DNA of 64,000 bases from assembly GCA_001179505.1 (NCBI GenBank), contig CDMY01000470.1:6210-70209 (forward strand), given 5' to 3'. The position numbers and the translations under genes were made by a program. Under the pieces are notes generated by a model. The model had not been told where the DNA came from. It saw only the letters and a program-made list of their open reading frames with translations, and searched no databases. How positions within the stretch are numbered: position 1 is the stretch's first letter; every line of letters begins with the position of its first letter. Source of the stretch: Vitrella brassicaformis CCMP3155 (Eukaryota > Protista > Chromerida). Positions 10,023-21,556 of this stretch are shown in pieces.

Positions 10023-13000
10023 ACACACAAAAGTGGTGGTCGTGGTGATGGTGTGAGAGGGTGTGTGTGTATGGGTACCTGTGTTGACGCAGGGTGCGGA
10101 GGACCGCCCATCATCATGTTGGTGTGGGGGCGATATGCACCAGGGTGATGCCCATGGTGGTGCCCCGGGTGACTCGGCGGCGGGTGGCTGGGCGGTGGCG
10201 GGTGCGCCGGTGGGTGGGGGTGGGGCGGGGGCGCCACGGCCGAACGTGACCGAAAGTGCTGCGCGAGGCCGTGCAGCATCTCATACTCGAGCGTGTCCTG
10301 CGGGCCGTCCCCCGAGCCGTCGACGCCCACAGCCGCGGCCGATGACGACTGTCCTCCCCCACAGATGAGCGACAGGAGATAGTGAGGGTCCCTTTGGCGC
10401 TCTCGCTCCTCCTCGGCGTCCTTCTGCCGCTGGGCTGTCAGCTCGTGCTCACGCGCACTTTCGAAGTGCAGGTCGCGATTCACCTCAGCCGTGCGCGCCT
10501 TCTCGGCCTCGATCAGCCGGTCCAGCTCTTCTTGCTCGGCCTGCATGCGCGCCTCCTCCTGCCTGACCGCCTCAATCTCCTTATCGATACCGTCGACCGC
10601 CACGGCGATGTCGCCCCCGGCCCGCTCCTCCCTCTCGATGTCGGCACGCAGCCGCGCCAGCTCGGCCGCGTCGTCCAGCTCGCGCACCTCCCTCGCCAGC
10701 TCAGTACTGAGGGCCTCTTGCCGCCATCTTGTCAGATCGTCATGGTCGTGCAGATTCCGGTTCTCGTGCGCGTGGGTGAGCAGCGCCAGCTCAACCTCCA
10801 TTGCCGCGACCTCGGCCGTCACAACAGCCAGCCGCGCGCTGTTGCTCTCGTACTCGGCGGCGGGAGGGATGGCTGGCTCGGGCGACGGAAAGCCTTCACA
10901 GCCCTCCCTCTCTGCTGTGGCTGCTGCCGCCGCCTCGTCCTCGACGTCGTCGAGCTGCTGCATCTCCTCGGGGTCCACCTGCGCCTCGATCTCCTCCTGC
11001 AGGCCAGCATAATCCTCCTCCTCCTCCTCCTCCTCGTCGCCTTGGTATGCCTCCTCTTCCTCGTCAAAGCGGCCCGCACCCTCGCCGATGTCAAGCGGCT
11101 GACGAATGACACACAACACAACACAACACATTACACACACACACACACCCGTGACATCTGTATGTCCTGTTGATCTCTCCAGTGTCCTCACCTGAGCGAT
11201 AGCATCGTCACGGTACTCTACTTGTTCCTCATCCTCGCCTTGGTATCCCACCTCCTCCTCTGCCGCCTCGCCCGCTGGTCCCTCGAGCTCCTCCTCATGC
11301 TGAAGCAGCTGCTGTGCCTGCGCCTCGATCTCCTCCTGCAGGTCAGCATAATCCTCCTCCTGGTCGAGTCGAGCGCCATACTGCATGCCGCCCGCGGCAG
11401 CTGCTGCAGCTCCGGCCTCCTCCTGCTCCCCTTTGACCTGAGTGTATTGTTCTTCCTCCTGTGGTGGCTGAATCAGGCGGGGCGGGCCCTCCTGGACGTC
11501 AGACACGCCACCCACATCCTACATCCACACACACAGAGACCACAGATGAGCTGCGGCTGGAGCGAGAGCGTGTTTCTCGTTTTGGCTCTCTGGCAAGTCA
11601 GGTACATACCTGGATGAGACGCAGTTGGTCGGGCTGTTGGGCTCCGTTGAGTGCCCGCTCCATATCGTGGATCTCGCCGTTGCCGCGAGCCTCCTCTGAC
11701 AGCTGCTGGGGCGCCTCCTGCGACGGGGGGTGGTCGGGCACGAGGAGCACGGGCGGCAGCAGGTCCTTGTCCTCCTCATGAGCAACGTCAGGCTGCACGC
11801 ATCATGGCATGTATGTCATGAGAAATGTACGTGTGTATGGTAACACTGCACGTGTGTCTTCTGTCTGACCTGGACGAGAGTTGGTGCTTGTTCGAACGTC
11901 TGCGGCTGTTCCGGCGCGACCGATGCACCATTCCGCTGCTGCGAGAGGTCGCGGCTGACGGGCAGGCCGGGCGGCACGACGGGCGGCAACAAGTCTTCCG
12001 AATCAGGCATTAGGTCACGACTCACAAGATGCGGCGGGGGGTACTGCACACCACCCGCACCCCCTTCCACACTCGCCCTCTGGCTACTGGCAGGCCCCTC
12101 CCCCTCCCCCGCCTCCATGTCTGACAGCTGCTGCAGGCTGGGCGGCGGTGTGTGGCCAGCCACCTGCTGTCCCTCCTCCCCGCCGATGCGCACATCCACC
12201 CCTCCCTCGGTGTCCAAATCAACGTGCACGGGCGCCGCCAGGTGTCGGGGCGCGTCGATGTCGATGTGTCGGTCCTCGCCCGCCTCGCGGCACGTCAGAT
12301 GCAGGTTGGCCGATGCGTCGTCACGGTACTCTACTTGTTCCTCATCCTCGCCTTGGTATCCCTCCTCCTCCTCCTCTGCCGCCTCGCCCGCTGGTCCCTC
12401 GAGCTCCTCCTCATGCTGAAGCAGCTGCTGTGCCTGCGCCTCGATCTCCTCCTGCAGGCCAGCATAATCCTCCTCCTGGTCGAGTCGAGCGCCATGGCAA
12501 CACATACAAACGTCCAATGCAATGACACACGTGTGAAGCCCTGTGGGCGCGACTGACGGGTGCTGCTGGATGTTCGGCAGGCGGAAGGCCGTACTGCACG
12601 CCGCCAGCGGCAGCTGCTGCATCGACCACCTGAGCGTATTGCTCTTCCTCCTGTGGTGGCTGAATCAGACGGGGCGGGCCCTCCTGGATGTCAGACACGC
12701 CACCCACATCCTACATCCACACACACACAGAGACCACAGATGAGCTGCTGCTGGAGCGAGAGCGTGTTTCTCGTTTTGGCTCTCTGGCAAGTCAGGTACC
12801 TACCTGGATGAGACGCAGTTGGTCGGGCTGTTGGGCTCCGTTGAGTGCCCGCTCCATATCGTGGATCTCGCCGTTGCCGCGAGCCTCCTCTGACAGCTGC
12901 TGGGGCGCCTCCTGCTGCGGGGGGTGGTCGGGCAAAACCACGGGCGGCGGCAGGTCCTCCTCCTCCTCCTCATGAGCAACGTCAGGCTGCAGGCATCATG

Positions 13001-13700
13001 ACATGTATGTCATGAGAAATGTAAGTGTGTATGGTTACACTGCACGTGTATCGTCTGTCTGACCTGGACGAGAGTTGGTGCTTGTTCGAACGTCTGCGGC
13101 TGTTCCGGCGCGATCGATGCACCATTCCGCTGCTGCGAGAGGTCGCGGCTGACGGGCAGGCCGGGCGGCACGACGGGCGGCAACAAGTCTTCCGAATCAG
13201 GCATTAGGTCACGACTCACAGGATGCGGCGGGCGGTACTGCACACCACCCCCACTCCCTTCCACACTCCCCCTCTGGCTACTGGCAGGCCCCTCCCCCTC
13301 CCCCGCCTCCATGTCTGACAGCTGCTGCAGGCTGGGCGGCGGTGTGTGGCCAGCCACCTGCTGTCCCTCCGGCTGCTGAGCGGTCGGATGGTACACGTGC
13401 TCCTCCCCGCCAATGGGTCCGTGCGGTGACATAGCCTCCCCGCCCTCTGCCTCCATTTCCTCCCACCAGCTCAGGCGTCGCGGCTCGGTGTCCAAATCAA
13501 CGTGCACGGGCGCGTCGATGTCGATGTGTCGGTCCTCGCCCGCCTCGCGGCACGTCAGATGCTGGTTGGGCGACTCGGGGTGCAGGGCGCCCGACGGCAG
13601 GGATGGCGACGCGACAGAGGGAAGCGAGAGGTCCTCCTCCAGCTCGGCGTCCTCGGCGGCCTCCCCATACGGATCGCACACCGTCTCGCTCTCTTGGCCG
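9905..13700 (-). CDS. 3' portion of chimeric 'gene A': acidic repeat exons fused to a copy of the coiled-coil exon of the 904-3630 gene
   Basis: ORFs 9905-11515, 11816-12622 and 13010-14548. Repeated EEDYAGLQEEIEAQ blocks. Coiled-coil copy at 10217-10978. Confidence 0.55.
10217..10978 (-). repeat. About 760-bp direct duplicate of 2431-3204
   Basis: Near-identical nucleotide text. I counted about 10 differences in a 210-bp stretch. Confidence 0.97.
11190..13560. repeat. Tandem duplication of a 1.1-1.25 kb multi-exon unit (11190-12300 and 12315-13560)
   Basis: Matching blocks 11200-11390 vs 12315-12500, 11435-12176 vs 12628-13368, and 12195-12300 vs 13480-13560. Confidence 0.95.
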
Positions 13701-14600
13701 GGGCTGCGGACAACGCCCACCACGACGGTGATGTCGTCCCTTTTGCCGCCCCGGCCGTCGCGAAAATCTGGGTCCTTGGGGTTGTGGATCCGTGCCTCGC
13801 GGGCGAAGGGGGTTGGTGCCGTGCGGTCGACGCTGGTGTTGTAGGCCAGCTCCCCAATCTCCCTGGCCAGCTTGGCCGCCGTCATGCGCCACATGTCGTC
13901 CGCCCGCCTAACGACAACATCGATGAGAATATTGTCGAAGACGCCGTCCGTGGCCGCGATGATGACGTCGCCCTCCTGGACAGCCACCTCCAGGGTCTGG
14001 ACGCCGGCGCTCCAGTAGCCGCTGCGGGGTCCGGTGGGCGTCCAGAAGGGCGGCTTGTTGGCGGGGAGCGACCTGAGTCTGTCGGGCAGGGGATCCACGA
14101 TGCACCGGCGCCCGTCACTGGTCGTCACCCGCCACTCTCTCGCTTTTGGGCCGCACAGCTTGGCCAGCTGGAATGGGCACTTCCAGTGGCCGGGCAGCTG
14201 CATGGGGAGGAGCTGGCCCTCGATCGTCCCCTCGTCGAGGTCGTCCAGGCAGGTCACCGCAGCCACGGAGTCGCCAAAGGTGGCCAGGTGGGCGAAGACT
14301 CCGCCGTCCTGTTCCACCAGTTTGACGATGGTGGCCGTGGTGGAGCCCTTCGGGCCGTCCGCCACGGTGTCTTCCCACCCCGCCAGCATCACCTCGCTCG
14401 CCCTGTTGTGGCAGCCGCGGCTCTCGCCCGCTGAGTGCTCCTCGCATCGGGACATCATGTAGCGGGCGATCGCCTGGCTGCTGTAGCCGAAGTCCTTCTT
14501 GATGCCGCCCACGCCATGACCGCGCCGGTCGCGGCGCTCATGAACCACGCGTCCTCACACTCGTCCTCCCTCCCTTTGCCCCTGGAGAAGGCTGCCATCT
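13700..14600 (-). pseudogene. PP2C/PPM (PTC7-like) phosphatase domain of gene A, frameshifted at the DG motif
   Basis: Motifs ECEDAW, GVGG, TFGDS, IIAATDGVFDN and GGKRDDITVVV. The frame changes at about 14515, where VVADG is expected. Confidence 0.85.
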
Positions 14601-16738
14601 CCAGCACCTTGGAGCAAGAGGGAGGGGGAGAGGGTCGCGTCGGGGCTGTGGCAGTGGGGCTGGCGGTTGGGGGCGTGTTGAGAGAGGTGGACGGCGACTC
14701 CCCCGCCGATGAGGGCCGCTTGTGCTGGTCGGGGTGCTGCAGGGGGGGCAGCTGGCCGGCAGGCGTGACGACTGGCGAGAGTGGCGCTGCCGATGCGGCC
14801 GAGACGGGCGTGGCGTCCTCCTCTGCAGGGGGCTGTTCCCCACCCCTCTCATGCGCCTCTTCCCTCTGGTGAGCCACCATCTGCATGAAGGTGTCGATCT
14901 GCCGGTCGACCACCGCCCGGTCAGCCGCCGCTATGGGGGATGAGTCGACAGACGGCGCGCCATCAGGAGCACTCTCCGCCACGTCCGCACGGATGGCGGC
15001 ACTGGCGTGTGTGAGGGGCAGCACGATCGACTCAGGGGGGGTGGATGGAGGCAGGGGCGGGAGTGTGTCGTGCGAGCGGGAGACGGGGGAGATGCCCTTG
15101 ACCGTCTGGGGCGAGGCCGCTGGCACAGCTTGCGTTGTGTCGACCACCCTCAGCTTGCTCACATCTGGCCTTCCCGCCGGCACGTCTTCTCTGTCTGTCG
15201 GTGCGGCGGCCTCCTCCGGTTGCTGCTGCCGCTGTTTGTCTCGCCCCTCCTTGAGTCCCTCGGTGCTCGTCGATCGCGCAGCCCATTTCTCGTCCTTCTC
15301 CTCATCTGCCCTCTCCGGTGGCGGCACGGCAGCCATCGGGGCCTCTCGACGGACAGGCGGCGAGAGTGGAGAGGACGTGAAGGCCCCCAGCCCCTCCCTA
15401 GCCACGATGGTGTCCTCAGCGGCCTCATCGCCCAAGTGCTCCTCCCCATCTTGCGTCGCCGGTGCTTCAGGGCTCCCGAGAGTGCCTCTGTCTCTGTCAC
15501 GGTCTCTGTACTGCTGGGCGGGCGACGGCGTGGGTGAGAGTGGAGGCGGGGGCGACGGCTCCTCCTCGCCCTCGCTCTTGTCTTCTTGCTGTGTGCTGCT
15601 GGGCGGGGTGGGCTGCGAACGGGATGGGGCCTGGTCGGGCACCATGTCCGGCTGAAGGTCCGCGTGGTACACTGCACGACACAAACACACGAAGGAACGA
15701 ACGTGCGAACGACATTCACACACACATCCCGATTGTGTGTGTGGGGTGCTGGTGTGTTTGTGTGTGCGTACCAGCTCCCCCAGCGCCGCCCTCTTCGTCG
15801 GTGTACTCGTCCCTGTCGTCGCTCTTGGGCAGCGGCACGCTGCCGGCGCTCACAGACTTCTCCGTCGCAAGAGCAGGATACGACGGCGGGGGCGGTGTAG
15901 ACACCTGCACCCACAACACACACACACCGATGTTGCCTCGGTCACACACGCCACACGCACACAGAGAGAGACATACGCACCTTCCTGTCGGCCTGTGTCT
16001 CGGGGTCGCTCTCGTCGATGCGGCCACCAGGAACGGCACCAGCACTGGCCAAGAGCGGCCCGCCTCCCATCCCGAAGCCGCTGCCCGCGAGCGCGTCTCT
16101 GATGGGGGGGCTGCTGATGCTGAGGCGGTGTGCGTGTGGGTTGGTGGGCGGGGCGGGGACGGGGAATGGGGCCTTTGAGGGCGACATGATGCCGCCAGAC
16201 TTCATGGTGATGGAGTCGCGCTTGCCCATGTTGATCTGCGGGGAGGTGGGCATCGACTCGCTCTCGGGCAGCGACACACGGGGGTTGGCGGCTTTGTCTG
16301 AGAGACAAGGGAAGAGGGGGAACCCCGTTTCTTTGTGTGTCAAGCAAGGGTGTGTGTGCGTGAGATGCCGCCCATTTGCTCACTCACCGGGCGGCTGAAT
16401 GACGGTGGAGTGTGACTGCACCCCGTCTGCGCGCGGCCTGAGGTGGGTGGGGGGGATCATGTTGGCCGCCGTGCTGGGCGTCCCGTTGCCCTGCGATACC
16501 GTCGGGCTCTCAGGCGTCCCGCCACCTGCACCCACACACACAGAGAGATGTGAAACAAACCAGCTCGTCCATGCGGTGAATGAATCGTGCTGGCGCACCT
16601 GAGGAGGCGCCTGGCTGCGTGGACGTCATAGTGGTCTGCAAGGGGGCCTTCGGTGAGAGAGTCGACTCGCCCCTCTCGCGAAGGGCGCTGCCTGTGGGGG
16701 GCGGCTCGCTGCGCCACCGACTCAAATCCTGCGAGCAG

Positions 16739-16770
<32 letters not shown>

Positions 16771-17739
16771 GACAGAGGGGTGAGGAGCCATTATCACATT
16801 GAATTCATCGTCATTCATTCACAGTGAATGATCCATTATCACACTACACGGTGTGAGTGACGCGCGTGGGAAGTAGGGGGAGAGGGTGTCGGTGTGCTTA
16901 CGAGTCTCATTTGGAGTATTTCGAGCCCGGCGGCCTGTTTGATCTTGTCCATGTCGCTGCCTGGCCGGGTGTCGCGGTCCAACTCGGCCTCGTCAGTCGA
17001 CGATGAGGCGCCACGCAATGACTAATGAATTATTCACACCCATGACACACAGAGAGAGATTTGTGTGCGTGTTGGTGTTGGTGTTGGTGTTGGTGTGCTG
17101 TGTGTGCGAAGCGAAGCGGTCGGCGTACGGGTAGTTGTGTGAGCATGGACTTGACTGCGTCCTTCTTGTGTGCGATGGCGTGGCGCGTTCTTGTGTGCGA
17201 TGGCGTGGCGCGTCTCCTCGATCTGCTCCTCCAGCGTCTTTGGGCCCTCCACACCGTCGCTGTCGTTGGCGCCTCCCGTGGACAGCTCGTCACCGTCTAT
17301 CATATCAACTAGGTGGCCTGCATGCATCAACAGAATCACCCACACCACCCAAAGCAGCAATGAGAACGAATCCAAAGGCCAATAACTTCATGATCACATG
17401 AATGACAGTGCATAATGAGTGAGCCATTATCACATTGATCAATTGAATGATCCATAGTCACGCAACACCATGTCAGTGACATGATCACATGCAATGGATG
17501 AATCAATGGATGGCATCATCGTGCTGGCGCACCTGATGAGGAGATTCATAGTGGTCTGCGGTGGGAGAGCGGCTCGCTGCACCAACACACACCAACACAC
17601 ACACACACACACAAACGACAGGTGGGTGAATGTGTTAGTGGAGTGCATTCGACCAACAACCGCACACAAACATCAACCACACACACGCACACACGTGTTC
17701 CGGACTGACCTTGATCTCCTCCTCGCCCTCTATCATCAT
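14600..17739 (-). CDS. 5' exons of gene A (low-complexity S/P/E-rich), with two alternative ATG mini-exons (17303 and 17739) and a frameshifting 25-nt duplication
   Basis: GT-AG-bounded exons at about 14600-15670, 15770-15905, 15980-16290, 16390-16525, 16600-16730, 16900-17010 and 17130-17303. The frame is continuous into the PP2C N-terminal motif (ORF 14455-15723). Confidence 0.55.
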
Positions 17740-18165
17740 GACTACTTGACCTGCATGCATCAACAGATTCACCCACACCAGCCAAAGCGCCAATGAGAAC
17801 TGATCCAGAGGCGAAGGACTTCATGATCACATCAATGACACTGCATAATGAGCGAGCCATTATCACATTGAATTCATCGTCATTCATTCACAGTGAATGA
17901 TCCATGGTCACACCACACGACGTGAGTGACATGCATAGTCCACAATCAATCACTTGAATGACTTCATTCAGTCATCATCGTGAAAAACTACGTGAGTGAC
18001 ATGTGTCATTGCAAAATGGTCAAGTGAGTCGTTTGTTGACTGACTGACGACCGTTGAGTGTCATTGCGATGTGTCTCTGTGTGTGTGTGTGTGTGTGTGT
18101 GCTCACGGTGTGGGTACGGCTGAATGATGTGCATTCACATCTGTATACCGGTACGAATACACATG

Positions 18166-18594
18166 TGGGTGGATGCATCGACCGGGTGGTGCATTCCGAT
18201 GCATTCCTCTCACTTTTCTGTCTATCTGACTGAGAATGCATCATGTACACACTCCCTCTCTACGTGGGTGCGTACCTCACGTCGATTCGTCACCTCAGCG
18301 GCGACAGACCGACGTCCGGAGACCTCAGCGGCGAGGAGAGGACCTCACTCTGGCGATAAGGTCGGCTGCTCTTACGGCCTGGCCTCTCGTGGCAGAACAG
18401 CTTGAAAAACGCCGCGCAAATGACGAAACTGAGCGATCCCTGCCTGCAAGCTCGCAAAAACGACATCGCAACAAACAACGCAGCAGGAGCGCTAATCATC
18501 TCATCTTTGCTTCCCTCCGCCGACATCCATCGCTTTTTGGCAGCCAGAAGGCCATTCTATGCGTCAACTGGCATTGCAGAAGTGCACTGGAGGC
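18166..18594 (-). promoter_or_regulatory. Putative promoter, 5'-UTR exon and intron start of gene A; inverted copy at 22585-23001
   Basis: Lies upstream of the gene A ATG exons and contains the donor ag|gtacgc. Near-identical reverse-complement blocks: 18166-18278 vs 22890-23001 and 18415-18594 vs 22585-22765. Confidence 0.6.
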
Positions 18595-21556
18595 ATCTCG
18601 GCCGAATCCTCATCATCGCTTGTTTCACTCTGCCGGTGGTGCATCGGCCGCCGACGACACTCACGACGGCCGCTGGAGTGCCCTCGGCCTTTCACATGAC
18701 GAGAACCGACGAAAACACGCGAGAGAACTCGACGTCTGAAACACTCACTCACAATCGGTCAGTCAACATCTCATCTGCATCATCTGAGTGCTTCACTGCT
18801 TCCCTGTGCGTCTATTCGCTTCGTCAGATGCTTCACACCGACTGACCGGGGCGACCAAACGCTCTGCGACTGATGCCGCAACATGAGCTTGAGTCATTCG
18901 TTCGTGTGATGCTGACACATGCTGTTCATCAGCCCAACGAAGGGCCGTCCTCATCAACAAAGAGAGGAGGTGTGCAGTACAACGCGGAGAGTGTGGTGGT
19001 CGCGCCAACACAGCCGCACAAGCCGTCGCACGAAGATCCGCAACACTTTAGCTTGCAGGTGAAGAGATGATCGTCGAGGGCTGTTTCCCAGCTTCCTTGT
19101 GTGTGTTTAGGTGTGCTGTGGCGAGGCGAGGGCGTGTCCGTCGTGATCTGCGCCGTCCTACACCCTTCATTCATGTGAGCAAAAGCGTGCGCAGCGCCAC
19201 TCGCCGATATCGTGCACCCCCGCATTGTTTTCTCATTGTTCTGGTGTGTGTGTGCACGTGTGCGGCCCGTGGTGCATCCACGTGCATGGGGGTCGCCACT
19301 TTGATGTCACTCAAGGACGCCATCGGCACTTATCGGCACCGCTTTCGGGTTTGATGCGGCTGTCGCATCGCTCTCTCGTTCCTTGAGGCTGCCGACAAGT
19401 CGCTGGGGCTGCGGGAGAGAAGCCCCGGATGCCCTTGATGCATGCGACAATCTTGTTGTGCGGACTGACGGTGGCTCGTCTTATGTGGGGGGACGGCCTT
19501 CGATACGAGGCGATGCTCACTGGCGGCGCGTCGGCTGATTGCTGGGTGGAGAACTCGCTTTCTCAAGTGGCGCTGCGTGTTGGCTGTAATTGGCTGTGGT
19601 GTGAAGGATCTCAAGGCCGCGATGTGTGCCGGAGAAGGCGGCCGATCAGCCTTGCCGCAGCCTCAGCCGCTTGTTGGTCGGCCTGTCTTCCTGTCGATTT
19701 TCGGTCAACAAACCAGTTGGTGTCGATATATGGGAAGGCCGGTGGATTTTCTGATCCGTCACGTTCACATCAGTGCAGCGCCGCTGCGGCAATCTGTCGG
19801 AAGTCGAGGCATCGGCTGTTTCATGCGGCCCTCTAATCGTGCCAACAGTGCGGAGGGGGGATGGGGAGGGAGGTGGCTGGCGAGTCGGCGGGGCGACAGC
19901 CTTTATTTGCCCGAACATTGGCCGGCATGTCTGGTGTCTGGTTTGCACACTGATTGGCGCGATTTGCTGATTGGCGTTGGTTTCGCTATATACACGTGGA
20001 GGGAGGATTCGCTGTCTAATGTGCCTTTTTATGGCTGGTCTCAGGGTCTGTTCCTCCTCTCATTTGCTTGTGGCTGAGTGGAGGACTTGCTATTCGAAAT
20101 GGCCATCTACATGTATGTGGCGAAGAGGTGGCAGGCGAGATGGACTAGTTCTGCTCTTTGAGTGAGGATGGCTGTACACATATGGGAAGGAAGATTGGGC
20201 GGCCTCCGCGTGTGTTCTTAGCAGAGAGACTATGAACTATAAAAAGGATCTCATCCATTTATTTCTGTGGCCGTATATTGGGCTGTTGCGTGGGATATCG
20301 GGCTTCTTGTTCATGGAAGACCGCCTGTTATGATTATGCAGTATCCTGAGGCAATGGACTGATGCCCTGCGCTAATGTCTGTTACTTCACCTGCCGAAAT
20401 GTCTGACTGGCGTGTCGCCCTTCTGCTTGCACATCCAGTCAGACACACCGGACATACAACACACATCCTCCAGACGAAATGGACACAGCCGCGTTTTCCA
20501 TTGCTTGACGAGCGCATTCGTAATCTACAATCAACTCGAAGAATGGCACGCACACACAAGATCGGTGATACTTCCGGCCAAGCGGCGAGATACTGTACAA
20601 CTTTCTCGACAGAGAGGCGCGGGCCACACAAAAAAGAAAAAAGAAAAAGATCAGATTGGCCGCCTCGCTCAGCCCATTTCGCCATTGTGAGGCCTTCGGG
20701 CCGTCAAACTGAGAGCGCTCGGGGTTCGTTTTCATCATTTAAGCGTCGGTAAGAAGACGCCAAGTGAGAGCGGCTCATGGGAGGTGCACAAGACCGACGA
20801 CAGGTATGCACAGAAGTACAAAGGGAGCGTGCACCTTGAGCAATTCGCACGTATTCACTGTTGAGCAGCCACATCGCCACCGCGTGGGAGCGGCGGATAG
20901 AGCTCGTTTCGGCCTCATTCTGGCGCGGACTTCCTCCAACTGGGGAGCTCTTGGAGGAGCCTCGTCAATGAGCCGCGCTGTTTTGCTACAGGAGGTGAAG
21001 GCGCGAGGTGACAGAAAGCGCTTTCTGAGGAGGTGAAGGCGGCGAGGTGACAGACCGACGACAGATGAAGGAGCTCTTCACCAGTGTGAGAACCGGTCGC
21101 CGCTGTAAGGTCTCCATCGTTGAGAAGGCAATTCCCTCTTGTGTCCTCCCCCGCCAAGGAGCTTTTTCGTTGAGAGGCCTTGTCGAAGACGTGAAGCCGG
21201 CAAGACGACGCACACCACGCTGAGAGCAGGCCAGCTGTCCACTGACGACAAGGCCGCCATCCACGTGAGGGCAAAAGGGCGACATGCATCGGCCTGCGCA
21301 TCTCTTGCGTCTCTTGTTGATCAGTTCTCAACAATCTCGGCAAAGGCAGCACGTTTTTGCCAGTTTTGCAACCGTGAGGCTGACTGAGGAGCTGTCGAGG
21401 AGCTGACGGCGGCGACAGACGGACGACAGGTGCGCGCACACGTACTCGAGGAGTGTGATTGACGATCAATGAGGTCCTTTGCCTCTGAATCAGTTCTCAT
21501 TGCTGCTTTGGCTGGTGTGGGTGAATCTGTTGATGCATGCAGGTCACGTAGTTAGC

